Positions 1 to 9,778 of a DNA stretch of 64,000 nucleotides are shown here, piece after piece. The stretch covers positions 186,001 through 250,000 of the forward strand of contig JAPMXV010000068.1 of the NCBI GenBank assembly GCA_026936335.1, given 5' to 3'. A model generated the notes under the pieces. The model searched no databases, had not been told where the DNA came from, and was given only the letters and a program-made list of their open reading frames with translations. How positions within the stretch are numbered: the stretch's first letter is position 1; every line of letters begins with the position of its first letter. Source of the stretch: Mantamonas sphyraenae STR306. Lineage: Eukaryota; Protista; CRuMs. Made by a program: the position numbers and the translations under genes.

Positions 1-1270
1 CAAAGTGGGCATGGATGCCCCGGTACAGCTTGTTGATCTGCTCGTGGTCGAGATCGGTGTAGTTGGCCAGCATACATGCGCGTGCAAGGACGTCTCCGCC
101 GACTCGGAAGTGGATGGTGTCAAAGTCTTCCGTGTGGAGGACGCATCGCAGGAATTCGGGATCGCGCAGGCGTTTGAGTCGGGAAAGCGCATCACGGCAG
201 TGCGTTTTGCAGATGTCCAGGGCGTCGGGCCAACGCTGTGGCGACACTCTGGCCTCAATCGCCTCGAGGAGTCGTCGGTGGCCGCGTACCTTGTGCTCGA
301 CGCCGTATGTCAACCCGTCCATGCCACCCTCCTCGACAAGTTGAGTGAGGGTAACACAGGTTTCCTCGTCTTGCGCCCCCTGGCGCTGAGCAGTCTCCAG
401 AGTCATGGCGGACATGGGTGCACCCACCGCGTCCTCACCCGCAGAGCCCGAGGCACTGTGCTGTGTTTGCCGGGCAGAAAGAACCAACGACAGCTCGGGT
501 AGCAGACCCATCGCTCGCAGGTGCCTGGTGGAGGAAAAGAATGTACGTGCAGCTTCGGGGTCCAGGTACGCCGCAACGCGCGCCCACACCTCGAGAGGGA
601 TCTGCTCCAGCGAGGAACGGTCACTCATCTCGAGCAGTCGACCATTTGCGTCAGCGCTCGGTGTTTCAGAACGTGGGTGGCGTGGCAGGGTCCCATGCGG
701 TTCTCTGTTGCGGGAGACGGTGTTAGAGCGCGGTCATGACGCTGCGCATGGGCCACTGGCGACTTACGTTGAGCTGTCTCCACTGAAAGCGACGTGGCTC
801 TCTGTTGATTGCTGGGCGTACGGGACGTGTTGATGTGTGCGCGCGGTTGGGACGACTGCACCGCTGTCGCCGTTCAGGTCGTTATGGAGCTCAATGCGCT
901 CGTGCAAGGTCGATGAGGTCTCTCCACCGACAGCGATGTGGTTCTCTGCTGTTGTGGTCACGGTCGCTGGTTGGGCGCACGGGACGCGTTGACGTTTGAG
1001 CGCGGTTGGGACGACTGCGCCGCTGTCGCCGTTCATGTCGTTATGGAGCTCAATGCGCTCGTGCAAGGTCGTTGAGGTCTCTCCACCGACAGCGATGTGG
1101 CTCTCTGCTGTTGTGGTCACGGTCGCTGGTTGGGCGCACGGGACGCGTTGACGTTTGAGCGCGGTTGGGACGACTGCGCCGCTGTCGCCGTTCAGGTCGT
1201 TCTCGAGCTCAATGCGCTTGCGCAAGGCGGACTCGATACCCGTCGTATTGGCCTCGTGTCGCGGGTGCAT
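1..1270 (-). CDS. F-box-like protein with N-terminal 53-aa repeats; exon 1270-768, intron 767-705, exon 704-<1 (runs off the window)
   Basis: ORF 764..1270 ends at a GTAAGT donor (767). A CTAAC branch point and CAG acceptor (705) restore the frame into MSDRSSLEQIPLEVWARVAAYLDPEAARTFFSSTRHLR, an F-box-like L..LP.E.W..I..YL motif. The frame is open to the window edge. Confidence 0.6.
840..1226. repeat. 159-bp coding tandem repeat (~2.5 copies)
   Basis: gcgcggttgggacgactgc recurs at 841, 1000 and 1159, encoding repeated IELxNDLNGDSGAVVPTA units. Confidence 0.9.
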
Positions 1271-1371
1271 GTCTTGGCGGCCCAGGCGGGTCCAGGTCGC
1301 ACATGCTACAGGCTGTCCCCTGCGCGCGCCACACCACCCACCAGAACAAAGTACATTTGTCCTACAGCATC

Positions 1372-2651
1372 ATGAGCACCAAGGGTAACACCAACGAGAT
1401 TGTTGATGAGCCGACGAACGACAAGGCCGTCCAGAACTTGAACAAGTACCTGGAGACGCGCTCGTACATCATCGGCTACAACGCCACGCAGGCGGACGCC
1501 ACTGTGTTCAACGCTCTGTCGGGCTTTGAGTTCCAGGAGCAGCGCAACCCCAACGTGGTCCGCTGGCGCAACCACATTGCGTCGTTCAACGAGGACGAGC
1601 GCGCTTCGTGGCCCGAGGCCGCGTTCGCATTCGGCCAGGCCGTCGCTAGCGTAAGTTGCACGGGAAGGAACACTCCACCGATCGCCGAACGGCACCCACT
1701 GCCGGCACAGCGTGCAGTGGAGCCAGGGTGCAGCAGATGGACCCCCCCACACGCTCCATGCGTGCACAGGAAGCCACAAGACGCCCTTCCCCTGGATCGG
1801 AATCCGTGGAAAACCCTCTTCCTGCTGCCGGATTATTGCGCTGCACACATTGGCATGTCCACTCACACACAACCGCGGGCAACACAGGCTGGTGCGTCCT
1901 CCTCGTCTGCCAACGATGACGAGGATGACGACGAAGACGACGATGACGACGACTTTGACGTCTTTGGCGAGGACGAGGACGCCGCCGCGGCCCTCGAGGC
2001 GGAGAAGAAGGACAAGAAGAAGCCCAAGGCCCCTGTGATTGGCAAGTCTTCGGGTAAGTGGAGATGGAGAGAGGAGGTGAGAGAGGGCGTGCGAGGGCGT
2101 GCATGGTTTGCATGGGATGCATGTGGCCTGGCCTGAGGTAGAGCAAGGGGTGTTTGTGATGCATGCAGATTTTGTGCGGTGGATTTTCTGCCCGCAATGG
2201 CCCGGGATTCCCCCGCCCGGCCGAATGACCCCCTGAAACTCCGCCAAAATGCGATTTGGGACATCGACCAAAAAAACAGAGCCAGCGCAGCTGGCAGTGT
2301 GCATGCTCATGTCCACGCATTTGGCCATACAACGCTCACACCAATCCTCGCCCCCGCCCACTCCCCCCGTCCACCCACCCCCCGTTCACCACAGTCATCT
2401 TCTTTGTCAAGCCGTGGGATGACACCACCGACATGAAGGCCATGGAGGCCGGCGTGCGCGCCATCACCATGGACGGATTGACCTGGTCCGAGAAATCCGA
2501 GCTCGTCGGAATCGGCTACGGCATTTCCAAGCTCCAGATCGGCTGTACGGTCGTAGATGACCTTGTTTCCGTTGATGATCTTGAAGATGCGATCCGTGAG
2601 CTTGAGGATTACGTGCAGAGCGTTGACATTGCGTCCTTCAATAAATTGTGA
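1372..2651 (+). CDS. EEF1B: Translation elongation factor 1-beta, full length ~233 aa; exons 1372-1650, 1888-2053, 2395-2651
   Basis: N-terminal LNKYLETRSYIIGY...QADATVF...VVRWRNHIASF, acidic DDFDVFG segment, and GEF domain KSSVIFFVKPWDD...GYGISKLQI...VQSVDIASFNKL. GTAAGT donors at 1651 and 2054 and CAG acceptors give an in-frame join. Confidence 0.95.
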
Positions 2652-3109
2652 GTGGTGGGTGGATCTCTTTGATTCACACTGGCAGGAGCCCCGAACCAGC
2701 CAATGAACACCCTCTGCTTCAACGCGGTCACTTCAACCACCTCTCTCTCTCTCTCCCTCTCCTCTGTCATTCTCCCGTTTCGAGACCGTCCGCGGGCTCA
2801 TCGCTCACCTTGGATTTTTCTGCGTCCATCCCAAACGCCCCTTCCATCGTTCTCACACCTCACCTTGGCCGTCCCTCCCACACACACAATCCACTCCCCT
2901 ATTCCATGTGTACCCGTTCCCTCTTCACCTGCACTTCCGCCCGAGATCCCGGCCCAAGACCACTCCGTACCAGCTCTCCTGCCTTTGCTTCTTCCTTCCT
3001 TCCCCCTCGCCATCTCCCTTCCGAGGGTGTGACCTCTACTTCCCTGTGACGGGTATCATCCCAACGGCGTCGGGTGGCATTTTGCACGGTTCCCCGGGCG
3101 TGGCCCCTC

Positions 3110-3290
3110 GATCACAACCACCACCGCAGACTATCTGCATCCCTGCACCGGCACCCGTGGCTACTGGAATCACACCAGCCATCGTCACCTTCCCCTCCAC
3201 CCTCAACTCCGGTGTCTCCCACACTGACCCCGTGCGGCACTCCTGCAGCCCCAAAACCGTTCTGTAACCGAGGTGCTTCAACCACAACCA
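3110..3290. repeat. Single copy of the ~168-bp T/P/S-rich repeat family that is tandemly expanded at 20.0 kb and 39.3 kb
   Basis: It shares gctactggaatcacaccagcc...ccccaaaaccgttctgtaaccgaggtgcttcaaccacaacc with the later arrays. Confidence 0.8.
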
Positions 3291-3370
3291 TCAGCCCATC
3301 AACTCAACGACTGCATCGCAGGCGCAGCATGTTGGTCGTAACATCATCATCATTTCAATCTCCTTCATCT

Positions 3371-5881
3371 CCCGCCCCCACTCCGATCCCCCCCGCACAC
3401 GCCCACGCACGCGAACACCCATCGTTCAACAAATATAGCGGCTGTACGCTGCTTAAATGGTTGCTCTTGCTAAAGACTCCGTTTTGACGTGCGGTGTCGC
3501 GTGCCGTGTGCGTGTGCGTGAGCATCCCGGCATCCCACCCGCCCCCCACTCCGATCCCCCCCCGCACACGCCCACGCACGCGAGTCACCCATCGTTCAAC
3601 AAGTATAGCGGCTGTACGCTGCTTAAATGGTTGCTCTTGCTAAAGACTCCGTTTTGACGTGCGGTGTCGCGTGCCGTGTGCGTGTGCGTGAGCATCCCGG
3701 CATCCCACCCCCCCCCCACTCCGATCCCCCCCGCACACGCCCACGCACGCGAGTCACCCATCGTTCAACAAGTATAGCGGCTGTACGCTGCTTAAATGGT
3801 TGCTCTTGCTAAAGACTCCGTTTTGACGTGCGGTGTCGCGTGCCGTGTGCGTGTGCGTGAGCATCCCGGCATCCCACCCGCCCCCCACTCCGATCCCCCC
3901 CGCACACGCCCACGCACGCGAACACCCATCGTTCAACAAATATAGCGGCTGTACGCTGCTTAAATGGTTGCTCTTGCTAAAGACTCCGTTTTGACGTGCG
4001 GTGTCGCGTGCCGTGTGCGTGTGCGTGAGCATCCCGGCATCCCACCCGCCCCCCACTCCGATCCCCCCCGCACACGCCCACGCACGCGAACACCCATCGT
4101 TCAACAAATATAGCGGCTGTACGCTGCTTAAATGGTTGCTCTTGCTAAAGACTCCGTTTTGACGTGCGGTGTCGCGTGCCGTGTGCGTGTGCGTGAGCAT
4201 CCCGGCATCCCACCCGCCCCCCACTCCGATCCCCCCCGCACACGCCCACGCACGCGAGTCACCCATCGTTCAACAAGTATAGCGGCTGTACGCTGCTTAA
4301 ATGGTTGCTCTTGCTAAAGACTCCGTTTTGACGTGCGGTGTCGCGTGCCGTGTGCGTGTGCGTGAGCATCCCGGCATCCCACCCGCCCCCACTCCGATCC
4401 CCCCCGCACACGCCCACGCACGCGAACACCCATCGTTCAACAAATATAGCGGCTGTACGCTGCTTAAATGGTTGCTCTTGCTAAAGACTCCGTTTTGACG
4501 TGCGGTGTCGCGTGCCGTGTGCGTGTGCGTGAGCATCCCGGCATCCCACCCGCCCCCCACTCCGATCCCCCCCCGCACACGCCCACGCACGCGAGTCACC
4601 CATCGTTCAACAAGTATAGCGGCTGTACGCTGCTTAAATGGTTGCTCTTGCTAAAGACTCCGTTTTGACGTGCGGTGTCGCGTGCCGTGTGCGTGTGCGT
4701 GAGCATCCCGGCATCCCACCCGCCCCCCACTCCGATCCCCCCCGCACACGCCCACGCACGCGAACACCCATCGTTCAACAAATATAGCGGCTGTACGCTG
4801 CTTAAATGGTTGCTCTTGCTAAAGACTCCGTTTTGACGTGCGGTGTCGCGTGCCGTGTGCGTGTGCGTGAGCATCCCGGCATCCCACCCGCCCCCCACTC
4901 CGATCCCCCCCCGCACACGCCCACGCACGCGAGTCACCCATCGTTCAACAAGTATAGCGGCTGTACGCTGCTTAAATGGTTGCTCTTGCTAAAGACTCCG
5001 TTTTGACGTGCGGTGTCGCGTGCCGTGTGCGTGTGCGTGAGCATCCCGGCATCCCACCCCCCCCCCACTCCGATCCCCCCCGCACACGCCCACGCACGCG
5101 AGTCACCCATCGTTCAACAAGTATAGCGGCTGTACGCTGCTTAAATGGTTGCTCTTGCTAAAGACTCCGTTTTGACGTGCGGTGTCGCGTGCCGTGTGCG
5201 TGTGCGTGAGCATCCCGGCATCCCACCCGCCCCCCACTCCGATCCCCCCCGCACACGCCCACGCACGCGAACACCCATCGTTCAACAAATATAGCGGCTG
5301 TACGCTGCTTAAATGGTTGCTCTTGCTAAAGACTCCGTTTTGACGTGCGGTGTCGCGTGCCGTGTGCGTGTGCGTGAGCATCCCGGCATCCCACCCGCCC
5401 CCCACTCCGATCCCCCCCGCACACGCCCACGCACGCGAGTCACCCATCGTTCAACAAGTATAGCGGCTGTACGCTGCTTAAATGGTTGCTCTTGCTAAAG
5501 ACTCCGTTTTGACGTGCGGTGTCGCGTGCCGTGTGCGTGTGCGTGAGCATCCCGGCATCCCACCCGCCCCCCACTCCGATCCCCCCCCGCACACGCCCAC
5601 GCACGCGAGTCACCCATCGTTCAACAAGTATAGCGGCTGTACGCTGCTTAAATGGTTGCTCTTGCTAAAGACTCCGTTTTGACGTGCGGTGTCGCGTGCC
5701 GTGTGCGTGTGCGTGAGCATCCCGGCATCCCACCCGCCCCCCACTCCGATCCCCCCGCACACGCCCACGCACGCGAACACCCATCGTTCAACAAATATAG
5801 CGGCTGTACGCTGCTTAAATGGTTGCTCTTGCTAAAGACTCCGTTTTGACGTACGGTGTCGCGTGCCGTGTGCGTGTGCGT
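3371..5881. repeat. Tandem array of 15 x ~169-bp units, each containing a 26-bp imperfect inverted repeat
   Basis: The core ttcaacaa(a/g)tatagcggctgtacgctgcttaaatggttgctcttgctaaagactccg starts at 3425, 3595, 3764, 3932, 4100, 4269, 4436, 4606, 4774, 4944, 5113, 5281, 5450, 5620 and 5787. Confidence 0.97.
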
Positions 5882-5895
5882 CCTTCCGCACCACC
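5733..5895 (-). ncRNA. Putative Fanzor omegaRNA (gene-proximal unit; 14 more copies follow downstream)
   Basis: It lies directly 3' of the Fanzor stop codon, where TnpB/Fanzor omegaRNAs are normally encoded. It is structured, with a long outer stem and inner hairpins GACACCG/CGGAGUC and AGCG/CGCU. Function is inferred from position only. Confidence 0.5.
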
Positions 5896-7167
5896 TCACC
5901 ACTCCGCCTGCAGATGCGCCGGCCGGTACCCACCCAGCGCATATGCCAGTCCAGCAAACCCAATGTTCAGCGCCCCGTTGTCATCTCGGTTCACACAGCG
6001 TCGGCTGCCTTCGATAGCTGTGTACTCCGCAACAACACGCCTCGCCACTCCCCCCAGCCCCGCCCCGGTCGTCCCCTCCATTCCCTCTTTCTCGCAGGGG
6101 CACCGCTTCAACCTCCCATACGGGGCAAAACTCGACATGTCTGGCGCGTACACCATCTGCTGCCCACAAACACTGTGATTGCGGCTCGTGTACTGCTCGC
6201 CCACCTGCAGCACCAGCGCCCGCCTTGCCAGCCTCTCCACCATGGCTTTGAACCCGCCCGTGTTGCCCGACCACGTCACGCAGCCCACGATAAACATCAC
6301 CTTGCGCTTGCCCGGCCCGTCCTCCCGTCTGGACGCGTTCCACAGCAGTTGATCCGTGTGCGCGTGCTTCCACGTCCGCCGCACCTTTTGCACATGCTCC
6401 TCCCGCCCATGCCCCGCTTCGCTCGCAATCCTTTGCGCCGCCTTGTCGTGATTGTTGGCTGCCGCCTCGGCGTTGTTCAGCGTTGGTACAGTCCAGTGAT
6501 GCCCAACCGTCGTCACCAACCCGTCCCGCTGCACTTTCTCCAGATGCAGCGCCACTGCGTGGTGCTTGTACGACCCTGGATCAATGCAAACGATGTTGTA
6601 CTCTCGCAGCAAACGCACGGCCCGCAAACGCTCGCCGTCGTTCCTCGGAGGCCGGAGCCGCGCATGGTACAGTTGCGTGTGCATCTCGTCGCCCTCCCAC
6701 GGCAGCACCCCCGCTACGTCGACACCTCCCACGTGCACCTCGTCCAACAGACCCGCCTTTCGCAGCACCGGCCACGCGTCTTCCATCAGCGTCCTCGCTT
6801 TCTCCAGCCCCACCAAATGCACCACCGCCTTCACTGCCAGCACCTTCTGCAAAGGCGTCTCAGTACACTTTAACCGCTCCAAAGCGTATCCAATAGACCG
6901 TGAACTCGGCTCCAGCAGCTCCAGCAGTGTGAACGTGCTCGCATACCCTGCGTTTGCCCAAAACCTCTGCATCATTCCCAAGCTTCCGCGCTGCGCAAAG
7001 CAGTTCGCCTTCATCACATCACCTGCCACTACGAGTGACCCTGTCATTCGCGCGATCTTGCGGTCGGACAACTGCCCCACCAGTGGACAAAACAGAAATG
7101 CCGTGATGGCGCACTCCTTGCGGCGTTTTGTCACGCAGCGCATACGGCACTGCATCACCAAACACAT
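5896..7167 (-). CDS. Fanzor (TnpB-like) RNA-guided nuclease, RuvC/zinc-finger C-terminal part
   Basis: RuvC-I NIVCIDPG; Gly at the canonical RuvC-II site (VMFIVG) with the relocated Glu in VGEQYTSRNHSVCG; zinc ligands HSVC...RCPC; RuvC-III NRDDNGALNI. Confidence 0.88.
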   Translation of the reverse strand: MCLVMQCRMRCVTKRRKECAITAFLFCPLVGQLSDRKIARMTGSLVVAGDVMKANCFAQRGSLGMMQRFWANAGYASTFTLLELLEPSSRSIGYALERLKCTETPLQKVLAVKAVVHLVGLEKARTLMEDAWPVLRKAGLLDEVHVGGVDVAGVLPWEGDEMHTQLYHARLRPPRNDGERLRAVRLLREYNIVCIDPGSYKHHAVALHLEKVQRDGLVTTVGHHWTVPTLNNAEAAANNHDKAAQRIASEAGHGREEHVQKVRRTWKHAHTDQLLWNASRREDGPGKRKVMFIVGCVTWSGNTGGFKAMVERLARRALVLQVGEQYTSRNHSVCGQQMVYAPDMSSFAPYGRLKRCPCEKEGMEGTTGAGLGGVARRVVAEYTAIEGSRRCVNRDDNGALNIGFAGLAYALGGYRPAHLQAEW

Positions 7168-9778
7168 CTCGGAACCCGTGCCGGTGATACAGGTCCTTCA
7201 AGTACGTAAACTTGCGACTCAGCCAGTCCAACCCCTCCACGAGTGCTTGCTCCACCACTGCCACCTTGGCGCTGGTGCCTGCGCCCAACTTTGCACGTAT
7301 CCATGTTTGCGCCACCAAGAGCATGTCTGGTATCCGCTCTGCCGCCTCGGTGCCCGCTGGCAGTCGGATCCGCCCCAAATGCCGCAGCAGCAGCGACAGG
7401 ATCGTCGGCGAAAACACAACATCCGCCGTCAGCGATCGCCGCTGACTCGGGATTCCAGTCGCCACAGGCCCATCTTCCAGTGCACTGGATGCCATGTCCA
7501 AGTATGTCTTGTTCGTAGCATCTGCTTCCCCCGTGGACAACAGCGCCGCCCGCGTCTCGATGGCCTTGGATTCCAGCACCCGCTTCAACGACGCCTCTGC
7601 GCGCTCACGAACCGCCTTGGATGAATTCTTGACCCTCTTGATGCGTACGTGATGGGCGTACAATCTGTTCTTCACCACGTACTCCTCCATGCCCAGTGCC
7701 TCCGCAGCGACCCGGATTATGTCGTGCCTCGACAGCCCGCACCCCTCAAACACCCTGCACAACAAACTCCTTTGTGCAAACCGCGTACGCATACCATGTA
7801 GTTCACCCACAATCTGTTTGCCAATGCACTGGTGCATGTGCGTCCGCACAAAGGCAAGCGTGTATGTGTCCGTCAGCTTCACACGCTTCAAGTCATGGAG
7901 GTCGAACAGCACTTGCTCCCGGTTCGGACGCAGGCCACGTGACCCTCGCACAAGCCTGAGCCACGGCAGAGGATTGGTTGCCCACGTTGCAGGCCGCTGC
8001 CGTTCCCCGATCTTCTTCCTCAGTGTCACGTAGCGCCAGTCGTCTCCAGACAGGCCCAGCTTCATCAGACCCTCCGCCAGCAACCGCACAAACGTGTTCA
8101 TCCTCTTTGGCGTCCCCTTGTCGCCCTCTTGGTCAAAGAAGAAGAACCCCTGCGATAAAGTCGCTTCGTCGTCCGCACCGGCAACGCCGATGTCTCCCAG
8201 TGACATCACCACGCACTCCATCGCGATGGCCTTGATCATGTTTGTCGCCTCTGCCGTCTTCTTGAGCAGCTCCATCAACTCGTGCTCCTCGTGGCTTCGT
8301 TTGGCAAATTTCCAATCCAGCCACTGGAAACGCCTTGTGTGCAGTGTTTGCGATCTTGGATCCTTCGTCAACAGCAGCTCCGGCCTTCCTGACATCCATG
8401 GTGACAGTTTCTTCTCGTACAGAGCAGCCATACCTTCCTTGAGGTCGTCCAGTTGCAAATCCAACACAAGCTCATCCAGCAGCTCCAAGGCTCTCTCCTC
8501 CGCCTTGTCCACCATGCCTTCCAGCTTCCTGGCGGCTTCCTTCCGTTTTGCCTTTTGCGCGTCTCGTTTGGCCTCCTGTGCTGCCGTGTGGGCTGGCTTC
8601 AGTTGGGCCCGGCGCATTCGCTGCACCACAACTTTTCCCACGGCTTGCTCCAAGCCATCTCCAGATGCACCGTACACCCGAAGCCGCAGACGAGGGCCAT
8701 CGCTATCCTTGTTCTCCCCGGGGTTTGGTGGTTCGCTGCCTTGTTCTTCACTTTGCCGGGAGTGCTCTGCATCTGCTACCCGGATCATCATCGGGTTCAC
8801 GTGCTCAAACTCCTCCTCTGTGCTGTTGTCCTCGCCCTCGTCCACATAGCCATCCCCTTCTGTGTTTCCTTCTTCATCGCTCCAGTCGAGTCCATCGACA
8901 CGTCGTACCGTCGCCCCGACGTCGAATTCAAACACCTTGCTTGGTCTCGCCCGCGCACTCTCCCCGTCGTCCACGGAGTCATGGGGACTTTCGACATCAG
9001 TCTCACCGTGCAGACCACTGTCGTTCTCCTGCGCGTCCTCCGGGGCATCCACATGCTGGCTGCTGCTACTCGTGCCACCATCATCCCACATGTCGCCGTC
9101 CACGAGGTCAACCACGTCCAACCCACCATCCACGTCCATCCCGTCCAACCCATCAACCACACCCAGCTCGTACGCCTCTCCCTCGACGTCACCCTCAACG
9201 TCTGCCACATCCATCTCATCCATCCCGTCCAACCCACCATCCACGTCCATCCCGTCCAACCCATCAACCACACCCAGCTCGTACGCCTCTCCCTCGACGT
9301 CACCCTCGACGTCAGCCTCATCCACCTCGCCTTCCACATCCATCTCGTCCGACACCCCATCCGCGCTCCCTCCCGTCTCCAGCTCCAGTGTGTCCACTCC
9401 TTCTCGTCTGTCTTCCTCCAGTTCGAATCGCATGGTCAAACCACCCAGCATGTCGTGGTCCTGGATCTGACCTACAATGCGCTCCAGTTGCGTGACACCG
9501 TGGTGCACAACTTCTTCCATCAGAAGCGGCAACTCCACCTCGTCGCCGCCGCCCAAGTGTGAAACATACGGCAAAGCAGCCTCAGGCCTCGCCTTCAAAG
9601 CATCCACCAGCTCCGCAGCCTCTGCTTGAGCAACCCCTGCGTCGTTCACCGCAAAGAAACCCACAACCCGTCTCCCCTCTGTGTCGTCGCACACCTCCAC
9701 CGCACAGATGCTGCATGGACGAGTGAGACTCAGTGCCTCCTCCACCATCTGCATGTCCGTTGCCTCGGGCACCTCCAA
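7019..9778 (-). CDS. Acidic linker plus probable Fanzor1 WED/REC N-terminal part; probably the same gene as the flanking ORFs, joined by frameshifts
   Basis: 919-aa ORF with a D/E-rich first half. It then has LMELLKKTAEATNMIKAIAMECVVMSL...LSQGFFF and YLKDLY just before the next frame's AFLFCPL, which resembles Fanzor1 REC/WED motifs by eye. It overlaps both neighbouring ORFs. Confidence 0.6.
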   Translation of the reverse strand: MEVPEATDMQMVEEALSLTRPCSICAVEVCDDTEGRRVVGFFAVNDAGVAQAEAAELVDALKARPEAALPYVSHLGGGDEVELPLLMEEVVHHGVTQLERIVGQIQDHDMLGGLTMRFELEEDRREGVDTLELETGGSADGVSDEMDVEGEVDEADVEGDVEGEAYELGVVDGLDGMDVDGGLDGMDEMDVADVEGDVEGEAYELGVVDGLDGMDVDGGLDVVDLVDGDMWDDGGTSSSSQHVDAPEDAQENDSGLHGETDVESPHDSVDDGESARARPSKVFEFDVGATVRRVDGLDWSDEEGNTEGDGYVDEGEDNSTEEEFEHVNPMMIRVADAEHSRQSEEQGSEPPNPGENKDSDGPRLRLRVYGASGDGLEQAVGKVVVQRMRRAQLKPAHTAAQEAKRDAQKAKRKEAARKLEGMVDKAEERALELLDELVLDLQLDDLKEGMAALYEKKLSPWMSGRPELLLTKDPRSQTLHTRRFQWLDWKFAKRSHEEHELMELLKKTAEATNMIKAIAMECVVMSLGDIGVAGADDEATLSQGFFFFDQEGDKGTPKRMNTFVRLLAEGLMKLGLSGDDWRYVTLRKKIGERQRPATWATNPLPWLRLVRGSRGLRPNREQVLFDLHDLKRVKLTDTYTLAFVRTHMHQCIGKQIVGELHGMRTRFAQRSLLCRVFEGCGLSRHDIIRVAAEALGMEEYVVKNRLYAHHVRIKRVKNSSKAVRERAEASLKRVLESKAIETRAALLSTGEADATNKTYLDMASSALEDGPVATGIPSQRRSLTADVVFSPTILSLLLRHLGRIRLPAGTEAAERIPDMLLVAQTWIRAKLGAGTSAKVAVVEQALVEGLDWLSRKFTYLKDLYHRHGFRDVFGDAVPYALRDKTPQGVRHHGISVLSTGGAVVRPQDRANDRVTRSGR
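9116..9310. repeat. 111-bp coding tandem duplication (37 aa, acidic)
   Basis: EGDVEGEAYELGVVDGLDGMDVDGGLD occurs twice in the 919-aa ORF. Confidence 0.85.

Noticed and set aside
1580-1592. tcgttcaac shared between EF1-beta exon 1 and the array, as a possible guide target
   Set aside because: Only 9 nt, which is expected by chance.
3457-5849. Repeated 61-66 aa ORFs (MVALAKDSVLTCG...) in the array
   Set aside because: Frames shift with poly-C length between units and there is no coding signature, so they are by-products of the repeat.
3371-5881. Canonical CRISPR array
   Set aside because: The units are near-identical along their whole length with no unique spacers, there are no cas1/cas2 genes, and the context is eukaryotic.
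7041-7205. An intron joining the 919-aa ORF to the RuvC ORF
   Set aside because: The join needs an intron length of 1 mod 3. The GT..AG pairs I tried (donors 7145, 7190, 7205) all gave 0 or 2 mod 3, so a 1-nt indel is more likely.
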